From: Candidatus Oxydemutatoraceae bacterium
GTDB taxonomy: Bacteria; Pseudomonadota; Gammaproteobacteria; Poriferisulfidales; Oxydemutatoraceae
Length of the DNA stretch: 64,000 nucleotides
Direction of reading: 5' to 3'
Assembly (NCBI GenBank): GCA_965219575.1
Contig: OZ244779.1
Span: 780,769-844,768 of the forward strand
Made by a program: the position numbers and the translations under genes. Under the pieces are notes generated by a model. It was not told where the DNA came from. It worked only from the letters and a program-made list of their open reading frames with translations, and did no database searches. How positions within the stretch are numbered: position 1 is the stretch's first letter; every line of letters begins with the position of its first letter. Below, one piece after another: positions 13,078 through 23,332 of this stretch.

Positions 13078-13258
13078 GAGACTGTTAACTACTTTAAGAC
13101 TTTAATCTAAATTGTGTAAGTTTGAATTAAGATAAACTAGGTGGCAACACTGAACTAATAAAAGAGAACTTATGAAAGATATAAAAAGTACAGGGAAAGA
13201 ATTATGCCGTAAAGACCCAACAGGAGATGAGTGATGTGCTTGGTTGATTGGTTAAGTC
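13078..13258 (+). mobile_element. Degraded IS256-family left end and transposase N-terminus
   Basis: GAGACTGTTAACTA is near-inverse of 15336-15349; broken frame resembling an IS256 N-terminus (..GKEL / AVKTQQEMSDVLG*LVKS). Confidence 0.5.
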
Positions 13259-13315
13259 GATATCGGAAATCTCATCTTTGTCATGGCTCAGTTTTTAGAG
13301 ACAAACCAGCCGGAA

Positions 13316-14320
13316 TTATTTCTTTTTACGAGAAAGGCTATCGTATAAATCTTTTTTAGGAATAGGCATGTAATTATTCCCCGACCTTTTCCTTCCGTCT
13401 AGTGATACGATTTTAGTTTTAGGGTTAAAGAATCTTACTATATCTACAAAACCGGAACCTGTTGTATATATCAACTTGGCTCTTGCCAAAACTAATAAAT
13501 CCATAAAGGCATCTCTCTTCTGCTGAAGATTACTCTCACCTAAATGCAGAGTTTCGTAATTAATTGATCGCTGAATACCTCTTGCGAACACTCTGCCCGG
13601 AAATGCAACATTCATCTCATCAATAAATTGTGCTTGATCGGAACACGCAAATATACGGCAGTGATTATCTAATACCTCTTTTAAGTAAACAATATAAGAT
13701 TCAAGAGTTATCACATATCTAAACCGAAGGTGTTTCTCTGTTATTACATCAGTACCACGAAAGTGAACTGCCACCCAATCCTCGTTAGTATTAAGATTAA
13801 TATACTCATCTGCATATTTCTCAAGGTTAGGTTTGATTGATAGTTTTAGTAATGTTCTATGACCGGATTTAGGAGGAACTAGATATTGTCCGATAAGTGC
13901 ACTAGAAATTTCTCCAAAGACTCCCTTGAGATTCTGTCTTGTCTTTATATGAGCTGAGGGGTGTTTTTTTCGGTACTGTTTTACATCAATATAATTTTCA
14001 AAAAAAGTTTCTACTCCCTTAGCATCACTATCAGAAGTAAATTCCAAATTTACTTTGAATTTTTCACAAAACCATGCACCACTGAAAACAAAATAAAGTA
14101 AAACTGGAAAACTAGGCCAATCATCTGAAAATTGTACAACTAGATATTTTCTATAAATAAAAATATCCTCTAATTCATAAAATTTGATAATTTTATAATG
14201 CTCTAAAATTGGCTTAAAGGATAAAAACTCGTTAAGAAATCTCTGATTACAAATACTAGCAGTACAAAGTACGTAAAAGGTAAATATTCTGAATTTCAAC
14301 TTTCTCCAAAGATATATCAT
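13316..14320 (-). CDS. Putative fucosyltransferase-like glycosyltransferase (NodZ/GT23-like)
   Basis: WVAVHFRGTD, IFACSDQ, AFMDLLVLARA..SGF match the three fucosyltransferase motifs; GGAGG precedes ATG 14320; visibly AT-rich. Confidence 0.7.
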   Translation of the reverse strand: MIYLWRKLKFRIFTFYVLCTASICNQRFLNEFLSFKPILEHYKIIKFYELEDIFIYRKYLVVQFSDDWPSFPVLLYFVFSGAWFCEKFKVNLEFTSDSDAKGVETFFENYIDVKQYRKKHPSAHIKTRQNLKGVFGEISSALIGQYLVPPKSGHRTLLKLSIKPNLEKYADEYINLNTNEDWVAVHFRGTDVITEKHLRFRYVITLESYIVYLKEVLDNHCRIFACSDQAQFIDEMNVAFPGRVFARGIQRSINYETLHLGESNLQQKRDAFMDLLVLARAKLIYTTGSGFVDIVRFFNPKTKIVSLDGRKRSGNNYMPIPKKDLYDSLSRKKK

Positions 14321-14377
14321 TTTCCTCCCCAATATCATGCCGTATTTACAGATCAAGTTGAAGTAGTTTTTTCATAT

Positions 14378-14432
14378 GGTGTTTGACTAGTTTAGGAGGC
14401 ACGATTTGATAAAATAGCTAACAATGATAACA
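14378..14432 (+). mobile_element. Degenerate left end of the IS1016-like element
   Basis: GGTGTTTGACTAGTTTAGGAGGCACGATTTGATAAAATAG aligns with the reverse complement of about 26660-26712. Confidence 0.75.
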
Positions 14433-14445
14433 TATAGGAGATATT

Positions 14446-15246
14446 TTAGAGAGGCACTTTACGATGCCATGACATATCGGACAAATGAGGGCAAAAGGAA
14501 GCAAGCTGTTGTGCCGGTGTTTTATAGGCTAAACTTTGGTGCGGTCTCCTGAAGTTATACCGTCCGAGATATGCAAATAATACGTCGTTAAATCGTGCTA
14601 AATCGGTCACTAAAATATCCTCATGATGTGCTACAAACTCCTCTTGAATGGTACGGTTAAATCTCTCGTCTATGGCATTCATTTTAGGGCAGCGAGGATA
14701 AGTATAACAGTGTTTAATGTTGTGTTGTTGTAGATAAGCATCGAACTCGCCGGCAAACTCGCTACCGTTGTCGGTCAATACTTGAGAGAGGTCGCCGGGA
14801 AATACCGTTTGCACTAATCTGGCCAATGTTGCAGCATTTTTACCGGTTGCGCGTCGGCAGGCGACGGCAACGGCAAAACGGCTGTAGTGGTCAATTGCGG
14901 TGAACAGATAATAGCGTGTCCGATTAACGAAAAGATGGATGGTATCTATAGCCACGCAGCATCCGGGAAATTGCGCTTTGGCATCTTTGCCGATACGATT
15001 GCGTGGTTGAGAAGCCTTGCGTTTGCGTGTTTTTTTAGAGAGTTTAGAGGGCGCACAGCGCATGTTGTCCGAGGCATCGGCAATCAACCGTGCAATGGTG
15101 CGAGGCTTCGGACACTGCAGTTCGCGTGCATCACACCACGGCTTTAAGAAGTAATAAATCTTCGGCGCACCCCTATTCGGATAGCTGTGTCGCAGTCGCC
15201 TAATCTCATCGCTGATGCGAGTAGACCAATTACGGCGACGACGCTT
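14446..15246 (-). pseudogene. 5'-truncated IS481-like DDE transposase
   Basis: VAIDT, FTAIDHYSR, VLTDNGSEF, PKMNAIDERFNRTIQEEF; frame stays open upstream of 15087 to about 15246 with no real start. Confidence 0.78.
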
Positions 15247-15349
15247 CCGATACGGAATTGGATACCGGCAATGAACCGATTAGCCATTGAATACGAAGGT
15301 AGATTTGATATCAAAGAGAACGAATTTACACAAAATAGTTAACAGTCCC
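15247..15349 (+). mobile_element. IS256-family transposase C-terminus and right end
   Basis: PIRNWIPAMNRLAIEYEGRF is a typical IS256 tail; followed by TTTACACAAAATAGTTAACAGTCCC. Confidence 0.75.
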
Positions 15350-15447
15350 GAGACTTACACAATCTTATACTATGAGTTTCTTGTTTTTCTCTAAATAACC
15401 ATATTTTAAGAAGAAAAATAAGGCAACGGCTAAAAGTTTGGTGTGTC

Positions 15448-16617
15448 TCAGATAATATCGTAAGCGAGCCTAATCCCCGAGAAAATATGCCGTTTATGTT
15501 TTTCGTAGAAGTTTCTAAAGCTCGCCCGCAAATGAAAATTGACTTCGTTGAAGCGGCAGCCGCCGCGTAGCACATGATGGTGTTTGTCGAACCAAGGTGT
15601 AGAGTATTCGCGATACGGAAAAGATTTAAACCCCGAGTACGGGTGAAAATTATTCAGGCACCATTCCCAAGTATCGGTATTCTTTTCTAGTTGTGGGTGT
15701 GAGACTTCCCGCTCGTATTCGTGCGGAAGCCTTGTGTTTGCATAGTTCGCAAAAGCCTGTGCTTCGTAGTAACAAATACCACAGACTGCAGCATCGGCAT
15801 CGAGACTTCGATAACCCTCGGGGTCTGCTTGAAACCACCCGTTTTGATAGCACCAACCGTCGGGTGCTTTTACTTTTGATTTTTGTAGCCACGAAAAGCC
15901 TTCCGTACTCCAGTGCCGCTTGTCTTGATAGCCGCCGGCTTCGATAAACCCTAAATATTCGGCGTTGCTAACCGGAGAGCGATTGATTGCGAAAGTATCC
16001 AAATTTACCGAGTGATGAGGTAATTCGTTATCAAAAGACCAGTTGTCTTTGCCTCCGATTCGGTATCGCTTGCGCTCAAATAACAAAGGTTCTTTATTAA
16101 CTTGCGTGGCGTGTTTGAGACTACCGCCGTTGAGAGTGCAACCGTTGTTGCTCGGTGTCGTCTCTTGAATATGCTTTTGGGTGATAATCATTTTCATCGT
16201 CTCTAGGTGTAGCGTATGGTGTTGCAGAATAAACTTTAGCAAGTATGCATCTTTCATCAAGCGATGTTTGCCGACCCGGGTCGGCAAATTTTCGAGCAAC
16301 ACGATATTATTGTTGAATTGTCGTTGCCCTTGTTCTAAAAGCGTATTGTTATGCGTCAGGGCTTTGCCTCGCAAATGTTTGGGGGTATTCCGTGGGTTGT
16401 AGAGTTGGTGGTCGCTTTCTTTCAGCATGCCCTCGTTTAGTACGGTATCGCGCAACCATAAGTTCTCTATATAGATTATATGTCCGTAGTGCCAGCCTAG
16501 CGGGCTCAAGTCGGGATGATATTGTTGACGATACGCATTGTCATCCATAGATGCGGTTAGGTATTGCACCTTATCGTGTAGTTGCGAAAGTTTTGCTACG
16601 AGTTCTTCGTATCTCAT
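15448..16617 (-). CDS. egtB: EgtB-like sulfoxide synthase (DinB plus FGE-sulfatase domains)
   Basis: SPLGWHYGH, HHTLHLE iron motif, FDNELP, TWEWC, FRNFY..FSGIRLA; coupled to egtC. Confidence 0.75.
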   Translation of the reverse strand: MRYEELVAKLSQLHDKVQYLTASMDDNAYRQQYHPDLSPLGWHYGHIIYIENLWLRDTVLNEGMLKESDHQLYNPRNTPKHLRGKALTHNNTLLEQGQRQFNNNIVLLENLPTRVGKHRLMKDAYLLKFILQHHTLHLETMKMIITQKHIQETTPSNNGCTLNGGSLKHATQVNKEPLLFERKRYRIGGKDNWSFDNELPHHSVNLDTFAINRSPVSNAEYLGFIEAGGYQDKRHWSTEGFSWLQKSKVKAPDGWCYQNGWFQADPEGYRSLDADAAVCGICYYEAQAFANYANTRLPHEYEREVSHPQLEKNTDTWEWCLNNFHPYSGFKSFPYREYSTPWFDKHHHVLRGGCRFNEVNFHLRASFRNFYEKHKRHIFSGIRLAYDII

Positions 16618-17381
16618 AACTCAGCCCATCTAATCGCGTACTCGGGGTCTACCACCATCAATTTCTTTTCGGGAAATGTTTCCCATGCCGACCTGTTATC
16701 CAGTTTTTCGGAAGCAATCCAAAGTGCGTCGATCTCACTTAGAAAATACAAAGAGGGTGCTTGGTGATTAATAGCATAGCGTAGCGCATACAGAGATTGA
16801 CTATCGCTGATAACCATGTTGAGCAAAGCTTCGTTGCCTGCTATATGTGTCGTCAACCATTGAATTAAGTTTTTGATAATCCGAATGAGCTTTTCCTGTG
16901 GGTGGTCGGCAATGAATTGACGCAACAATGCAAATAGATATTCCGAGTCGTTCAATCCGCGTAGCGTAGCGATGATTTCATCGGATAATTCGTTGCTGAT
17001 CTTTCGGCGCATGGTCTGATTGAAATTTTTTATATAACCGTTGTGTAGATAAAGATAGCGGCCGTGTCTGAAGGGCTGTGTATTATCAACGCCGGTAGCA
17101 AAACCTGCGGTCGCACTACGCACCATCGCCAACCATCGTTCGCTGTATAGGCTGTCGGCTAAGTCGTTCAAATTGACATCCGACCATATAGGTAGCGCAT
17201 TTCTATAGACGGCTGCACGGCCGTCGGGATAATGCCAGCCGAAACCGAAGCCGTCGGCGTTAAGCTTGGCATATTGCAATTCCTCGGGTTGCCAAGACTG
17301 CACATAAAGGCCATGTTCGGGATCTAATAGGAGTTTGCGCAAAGGAATGGCTTTGCCTAAATATGCGGCAAGTCGGCACAT
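16614..17381 (-). CDS. egtC: Ergothioneine biosynthesis amidohydrolase EgtC (Ntn hydrolase)
   Basis: MCRLAAYLG, NADGFGFGW, VRSAT, QPF..HNG, DSE. Confidence 0.88.
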   Translation of the reverse strand: MCRLAAYLGKAIPLRKLLLDPEHGLYVQSWQPEELQYAKLNADGFGFGWHYPDGRAAVYRNALPIWSDVNLNDLADSLYSERWLAMVRSATAGFATGVDNTQPFRHGRYLYLHNGYIKNFNQTMRRKISNELSDEIIATLRGLNDSEYLFALLRQFIADHPQEKLIRIIKNLIQWLTTHIAGNEALLNMVISDSQSLYALRYAINHQAPSLYFLSEIDALWIASEKLDNRSAWETFPEKKLMVVDPEYAIRWAEL

Positions 17382-17489
17382 CAGTCGTAATAATAGAGGG
17401 TTTCGGTGTGACGCATCGTCCGTCGGTGGTGCTATAGAGTAGTGATTATCATGCTCAATTAAAACCCCGAATAGAGCAAGTGTGTTGTT

Positions 17490-20258
17490 TTACGATGCAG
17501 GTGATGACTCTATTTTTTCCAGATTCAATGCGCAGAACTTGAACTCGGGTATTTTCCCGTAGGGATCCAAGGCTGCGTTGGTTAACAAATTGGCGGCAGC
17601 TTCTCTATAGCAAAACGGCATAAAGACTTGTCCGCGTATCAAGCCTCTGTCGCTGCGTGCCAAACATTCTACGGTGCCGCGTTTGGAAGTCAGCCTAATG
17701 GTGTCGCCGGCTTGCGCGTCGATGGCAGCCAAATCGTCGGGGTGTACCGATGCAACCGGGTGGGGTTCTATCGCCGCTAATACCGACGCCCGCCGCGTCA
17801 TCGCTCCGGTGTGCCAATGCTCTAATTGACGCCCGGTGATGAATATAAAAGGATATTGCTGATCGGGCATTTCGTCCGCTTGGGTGAACTCCGCCGGCAC
17901 GAAGCGACCGAGTCCGTTTGCGGTGGGAAAGTTCTCCTTAAATAGAATGGGTTGTCCGGGGTCTTCGGCATCGCTACACGGATAGGTAACCGAACCCGTC
18001 TGCTCCAATCGTTCCCAACTAATGCCTTTGATGCTATCCATACATTCGCGCATCTCGTCAAACACATCGGAGACTTTTTCGTAGTGCCAATCCAAACCTA
18101 TGCGTTGTGCGATGTCTTGTATAATCCATAAATCCAAACGCGCATCGCCGGGCGGGTCTAAGGCTTGCCGGCCGAGCTGCACGCGACGATCGGTGTTGGT
18201 CACGGTACCGGTTTTTTCGGGGAAAGCCGACGCCGGCAAAATAACATCGGCAAACAGTGCGGTCTCGGTCATAAAAATATCCTGGACGATTAAATGGTCG
18301 AGTGTTGCGAGTGCCTTGCGAGCATGGTTGAGGTTCGGGTCGGACATCGCCGGATTTTCGCCCATGATATACATGCCGCGGATTTTTTTTCGTTCGGCTT
18401 CGTGCATGATTTCGACCACGGTCAAGCCGGGTTTCTTGTCCAGTTCGCAACCCCATAATTTTTCAAAGCGATCCGCTGCAGCATCGTTGTCTACGCGCTG
18501 ATAATCCGGAAATACCATCGGTATCAAACCTGCGTCCGAAGCACCCTGCACATTATTTTGTCCGCGCAACGGGTGTAATCCGGTACCCGGTCTACCGATT
18601 TGCCCGGTCATCAGCGATAGCGCAATTAAGCACCGCGCGTTGTCGGTTCCGTGTATATGCTGTGAGATGCCCATGCCCCAGAAGATGATGGAGGCTTTGG
18701 ATCCCGCATACAAAGCTGCGACTTCGTCTATGGTTTTTGCATCTATACCGCAAATAGGCGCCATCGCCTCGGGAGAATAATCTTTTAGATGTGCTTCCAG
18801 CTCGCTATAACCTTCGGTTCGTTCGGCGATGAATTTTTCGTCGACCAAGCCTTGTTTGATAATGGAGTGCATCATTGCGTTTAGCAATGCGACATCGGTG
18901 TCGGGTTTGAACTGCAAATAATAATCGGCATGCTTGGAAAGCTCCACTGCACGTGGATCCATAACGATTAGAGACTTACCGGAACGCGCCGCGTTTTTAA
19001 TAAAGGTCGCAGCGACCGGATGATTTTCGGTCGGATTTGCGCCGATAACGACGATGACCTCGGATTCTTTAACATCGCACACTTGGTTGGAGACTGCGCC
19101 GGAACCTATGCCCTCCAGAAGTGCGGCAACCGAAGAGGCGTGGCATAGGCGCGTGCAATGGTCTACGTTATTGGTTGCAAAGCCGGTACGTATCAATTTC
19201 TGAAATAAGTACGCTTCTTCGTTCGTGCCTTTAGCCGACCCGAAACCCGCAACCGACGAGCGGCCACCCTCGGCGTATATTTTTTTCAAGCCTTCGGCAG
19301 CATAATCCAAAGCCTCGTCCCAACTCGCCTCGCGAAACATTTGTGAGATATCATCGTCGCTCAGTGATTCTATCTCGGCGATTTTAGGGGTGCCCGAAAC
19401 TCGGATCAATGGTTTTGTGAGTCGATCCGTATTGTGTATATAATCGAAGCCGTAGCGCCCCTTGACGCATAAGCGGCTGTGATTGGAAGGTCCGTCTCGC
19501 CCGTCGACATAAATAATCTTGTCGTCTTTAATGTTAAAACTCAACAAGCATCCGACACCGCAATAAGGGCAAACCGAATCAACTTTACGATCGAGTTCTT
19601 GCATCCCGACTTCGTGCGACGGCATGAGCGCACCGGTGGGACAAGCCTGTACACATTCCCCGCAACCCACGCAGCTACTTATCCCCATCGGGTCGTCCAA
19701 ATCGAAGACAATCTCCGAACTCGCACCGCGCTGGGCATAGCCGATCACATCGTTATTTTGCTCTTCGCGGCATGCGCGCAAGCAGCGGGTGCATTGTATG
19801 CAGGCATCGAGATTGACGGCGATCGCCGGATGAGAATTATCGGCAGGCGGATTAACTCGGCTTTCAAAACGTGGCAAGCCGAGGTCTAAATGACGGCTCC
19901 ACCGGTCTAATTCGTTATTTAATGTATAGCTTTGCTGCACCATGTCGGATTGCAGAAGCTCCAGCACCATACGTTGTGCGTGTAGGGAGCGAGGATTATC
20001 GGTAGTGACTTTCATATCGTCAGTCGGTTGTCTCACGCATGCGGGTTGCAACACCCGCTCGCCTTCTATTTCGACCATACACGCACGGCAGTTACCGTCG
20101 GCACGCATGCCTTCCTTAAAACACAGATGTGGAATGTCTATTCCGTATCGTTTCGCCGCTTGTAAAATCGTCTCGCCTTCAAAAGCACTTATGGTTTGTC
20201 CGTTTAATACGAACTCGACCGTTTGTGTGTTTGCAAAATATTCTGGATTCGCCGCCAT
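17490..20258 (-). CDS. fdhF: Formate dehydrogenase alpha subunit (Mo/W-bisPGD, Cys ligand)
   Basis: 2Fe-2S and 4Fe-4S motifs, CPYCGVGC, NNVDHCTRLCHASS, LRGQNNVQG, IPEFKFCA. Confidence 0.93.
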   Translation of the reverse strand: MAANPEYFANTQTVEFVLNGQTISAFEGETILQAAKRYGIDIPHLCFKEGMRADGNCRACMVEIEGERVLQPACVRQPTDDMKVTTDNPRSLHAQRMVLELLQSDMVQQSYTLNNELDRWSRHLDLGLPRFESRVNPPADNSHPAIAVNLDACIQCTRCLRACREEQNNDVIGYAQRGASSEIVFDLDDPMGISSCVGCGECVQACPTGALMPSHEVGMQELDRKVDSVCPYCGVGCLLSFNIKDDKIIYVDGRDGPSNHSRLCVKGRYGFDYIHNTDRLTKPLIRVSGTPKIAEIESLSDDDISQMFREASWDEALDYAAEGLKKIYAEGGRSSVAGFGSAKGTNEEAYLFQKLIRTGFATNNVDHCTRLCHASSVAALLEGIGSGAVSNQVCDVKESEVIVVIGANPTENHPVAATFIKNAARSGKSLIVMDPRAVELSKHADYYLQFKPDTDVALLNAMMHSIIKQGLVDEKFIAERTEGYSELEAHLKDYSPEAMAPICGIDAKTIDEVAALYAGSKASIIFWGMGISQHIHGTDNARCLIALSLMTGQIGRPGTGLHPLRGQNNVQGASDAGLIPMVFPDYQRVDNDAAADRFEKLWGCELDKKPGLTVVEIMHEAERKKIRGMYIMGENPAMSDPNLNHARKALATLDHLIVQDIFMTETALFADVILPASAFPEKTGTVTNTDRRVQLGRQALDPPGDARLDLWIIQDIAQRIGLDWHYEKVSDVFDEMRECMDSIKGISWERLEQTGSVTYPCSDAEDPGQPILFKENFPTANGLGRFVPAEFTQADEMPDQQYPFIFITGRQLEHWHTGAMTRRASVLAAIEPHPVASVHPDDLAAIDAQAGDTIRLTSKRGTVECLARSDRGLIRGQVFMPFCYREAAANLLTNAALDPYGKIPEFKFCALNLEKIESSPAS

Positions 20259-20272
20259 AATCTTCTCCGTTG

Positions 20273-21970
20273 TTACTCTATTTCCGATGGGAAGTATTTA
20301 ATGATACATTGTAAAGGATTGGGTGCAGCTTGACCCAATCCGCAGATAGATGCATCCGCCATCACCTTACTCAGTTCGTTCATCAAAGGCACATCCCATT
20401 TTTCTTTCTCCATCAGCATCACCGCTTTAGAGGTTCCGACCCGACACGGTGTGCATTTACCGCACGATTCGTGCGAGAAAAAGCGCATCGCATTGAGTGC
20501 GCTCGTACGCGCCCCATCCCGATCCGAAAGCACGACAATCGCTGCCGATCCGATAAAACAACCGTATTCGTTCAAGGTGTCAAAATCCAACGGGATATCT
20601 CCGAGCGACGCCGGCAAAATACCGCCCGAAGCACCGCCCGGAAAATAACCGTAGAATGTATGTCCCGCTTGCATGCCGCCGCAGAATTCGTCGATCAACT
20701 CTTTTACGGTGATGCCGGCCGGTGCGAGATGTACGCCCGGTTTGTTGATGCGTCCGCTCACCGAGAACGAGCGTAAACCTTTGCGTCCGTTGCGTCCTTT
20801 TGAAGCAAACCACTCGCCGCCTTTTTCTACGATTTCTCGCACCCAATACAAGGTTTCCATATTATGTTCCAAGGTCGGTCTACCGAACAAACCGACTTCG
20901 GCGATAAACGGAGGGCGCAAACGAGGCATCCCGCGCTTGCCCTCTATGGACTCTATCATTGCCGACTCCTCACCGCAGATATAAGCCCCTGCGGCGCGTC
21001 GAAGTTCTATATACGGCAACGGCAATTCGGATTCTTTTTGCAATAATTCCAGTTCTTCGGCCAACATTTCGCGCACCCCGGCGTACTCGTCTCGCAAATA
21101 AATATAAATCGCTTCAAGTCCTACGACGAATGCTGCAATCAACATCCCTTCGAAAAAACGGTGGGGGTCTGTTTCCAGGTAGTATCGGTCCTTGAATGTG
21201 CCGGGTTCGCCTTCGTCTATATTGATCGCCAGATAACGCGGTGCCGGTTGTTCTTTGACGATACGCCATTTGCGCCCACTCGGGAAGCCGGCACCGCCTA
21301 AGCCGCGTAATCCCGAATCGTCTAGGGCTTGTATCACCGACTCGGTGTCGCGGGTGCCGTCGTGCAGAGCCTCGAGTAGTTGATAACCGCCTTTTTTCTT
21401 ATATGCCGCATAACTTATATGCGTTGTGATTGTGGGTGCCTTGGTTGATTTTTGTTGTATCGCCGCCGATATAGTTTTGGGTGTTGCCGTTGCAATAGGG
21501 TTCGTACCGACTACCGCAACCGGTGCTTCCCCGCAACGACCGACGCAAGGCACGCGTTGTATTCTGACTTCGTCGGCATTTAGGTTTTTTTCTAATGCTT
21601 CTATCAATGCCTCGCAACCGTCCATTTCACAGCTAATAGAGTCGCATACTCTAACGGTTAATGGCGGTGGCGGTGTTTGCTCGTCGCTCACCACATCAAA
21701 ATGATGATAAAAGGTCGCAACTTCGTAGACTTCCGATGTAGATATTTTCATTTCGTGTGCGAGGGCGACGCAATGGTCGGAGGCGATATAGCCGTAACGA
21801 TCCTGTATTAAATGTAAGTGTTCGAGCAGAAGATCGCGACGCCTAGGATGATCTCCCAACAAATCTCTGATTTCCGCCAAGGCGGTATCCGAGACCTGTC
21901 TGCCTTTGGGTTGACCGCGCTTGCGTTTGTGTCGCTTGCTTTGTTTTAGTTTGATTATCGTTTCAGTCAT
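20273..21970 (-). CDS. NAD-linked FDH beta/diaphorase subunit (NuoE-NuoF fusion)
   Basis: ATFYHHF, CDSISC, GLRGLGGAGFP, DEGEPGTFKDR, YICGEE, HESCGKCTPCRVG. Confidence 0.9.
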   Translation of the reverse strand: MTETIIKLKQSKRHKRKRGQPKGRQVSDTALAEIRDLLGDHPRRRDLLLEHLHLIQDRYGYIASDHCVALAHEMKISTSEVYEVATFYHHFDVVSDEQTPPPPLTVRVCDSISCEMDGCEALIEALEKNLNADEVRIQRVPCVGRCGEAPVAVVGTNPIATATPKTISAAIQQKSTKAPTITTHISYAAYKKKGGYQLLEALHDGTRDTESVIQALDDSGLRGLGGAGFPSGRKWRIVKEQPAPRYLAINIDEGEPGTFKDRYYLETDPHRFFEGMLIAAFVVGLEAIYIYLRDEYAGVREMLAEELELLQKESELPLPYIELRRAAGAYICGEESAMIESIEGKRGMPRLRPPFIAEVGLFGRPTLEHNMETLYWVREIVEKGGEWFASKGRNGRKGLRSFSVSGRINKPGVHLAPAGITVKELIDEFCGGMQAGHTFYGYFPGGASGGILPASLGDIPLDFDTLNEYGCFIGSAAIVVLSDRDGARTSALNAMRFFSHESCGKCTPCRVGTSKAVMLMEKEKWDVPLMNELSKVMADASICGLGQAAPNPLQCIIKYFPSEIE

Positions 21971-22202
21971 TGCACTTTGTAAAGCATATCAAATGTAGTT
22001 TTGCATTGAAAGAGAGTCATTTTCAATCTGTGTTGTCCATTAGGATTTAAGCCATTGTACTACAAACCATAGCCATTATAGGTATAAACTATGTGGCTTT
22101 AGGACGGAATTTTAATACAAAAAATTTATATCGGTGACATCCCCTATAGTTCGGATATTGTATTACAATGATGTATATTTAACCAAATTAACGGAGATTA
22201 TC

Positions 22203-22589
22203 ATGGGTTGGAGACAACACGAAGACGAAGAGGCATATAGCGAGGCGGACATAGAAGCACGCCTCGAAGAGGAACTACCGCACTGGTATTATGAAAACGG
22301 TTGGATTCGCCGTAAATATCGTACCCATAGCTGGAAGAGTACCCTGATGGTAGTCAATACCGTCGGGCACTTATCGGAAGCAGCCTTTCATCATCCCGAC
22401 TTAACCGTTTCTTATGCTTTTGTTATTGTTAAGCTGATGAACCACGCCACCAAAGGTGTGACGAATAAAGACTTTGAGTTGGCTAAGAAGATAGAAGAAG
22501 TTATACAATGGCAGCCCGGCGAAGAGGAGAGTTCCCTAACCGGCACACCGTCGGATGCTCGCTTTGCTTATATCAAATACGATAAATAA
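22203..22589 (+). CDS. Pterin-4-alpha-carbinolamine dehydratase family protein
   Basis: EAAFHHPDL, H..KGVTNKDFELAKKIE; GGAG precedes ATG 22203. Confidence 0.85.
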   Translation: MGWRQHEDEEAYSEADIEARLEEELPHWYYENGWIRRKYRTHSWKSTLMVVNTVGHLSEAAFHHPDLTVSYAFVIVKLMNHATKGVTNKDFELAKKIEEVIQWQPGEEESSLTGTPSDARFAYIKYDK

Positions 22590-22623
22590 AGTGCTTCGGT
22601 CGGGCTCAGTCATCGGAGTGGTC

Positions 22624-23211
22624 ATGAAATATAAGGATTTTTTAGTTTTAGCTACGATTATTATCGGCTTGAGTACACCACCGGCTATTGCGCAGAATGA
22701 AATGCAAGACAGCGGAGGATTTCGTGTGCTTCCAGACGAAGATGGCAGGGTACATAGCTGGCAAGACGGAGATTACATAATCTCCCTATGGGAAGCCGAA
22801 AATTTAGTAATGGAACGCTACGATGCCGGCGAGCAGTCCGGACAGCCGTCGGCGATAAAAGCGGAAGATGTGTTGGCCGATAACGGCGAGTTGAGGGTAA
22901 TCAAAAAGCAGAGTTGGCATCGGATGGGCGACGATGTGTTCCCGGTTTTGGTAACCGAAAACGGTGCGTGGAAAGCACTGCCGGGAGATGTGATCGTCGT
23001 TTTATCACCCGAGATGAAACAAGCCGACATAGATGCTTTCTTTGCCGAGATGAATCTCGATCGAGTATCTAAAATGAATTTTACCGAGAACGCTTATCTC
23101 GTGGAGACCGAGCCGGGTGTGGTCGGTTTAGAGTTATCGAACAAATTAACGGGTATGGAAGCAGTGGAATTGTCCAGCCCGAACTGGTGGAGTCTGGTAG
23201 AACTACGATAA
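22624..23211 (+). CDS. Secreted hypothetical protein
   Basis: Signal peptide MKYKDFLVLATIIIGLSTPPAIA; GGAG RBS; C-terminal domain ending SSPNWW. Confidence 0.6.
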   Translation: MKYKDFLVLATIIIGLSTPPAIAQNEMQDSGGFRVLPDEDGRVHSWQDGDYIISLWEAENLVMERYDAGEQSGQPSAIKAEDVLADNGELRVIKKQSWHRMGDDVFPVLVTENGAWKALPGDVIVVLSPEMKQADIDAFFAEMNLDRVSKMNFTENAYLVETEPGVVGLELSNKLTGMEAVELSSPNWWSLVELR

Positions 23212-23332
23212 CCGTCCCTAAAGGTGTTTTAATAATACTTTTTCAATAGCCTCATTTCTTTTCTCGGTAGTTGTATAATAATGCGAGAGTCAATTTGACT
23301 ATGCATTTTTATTTTGAGGAGGAAAACTTATT

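Noticed and set aside
19120-19170. Selenocysteine in FDH alpha
   Set aside because: Active site reads RLCHASS with Cys and no in-frame TGA
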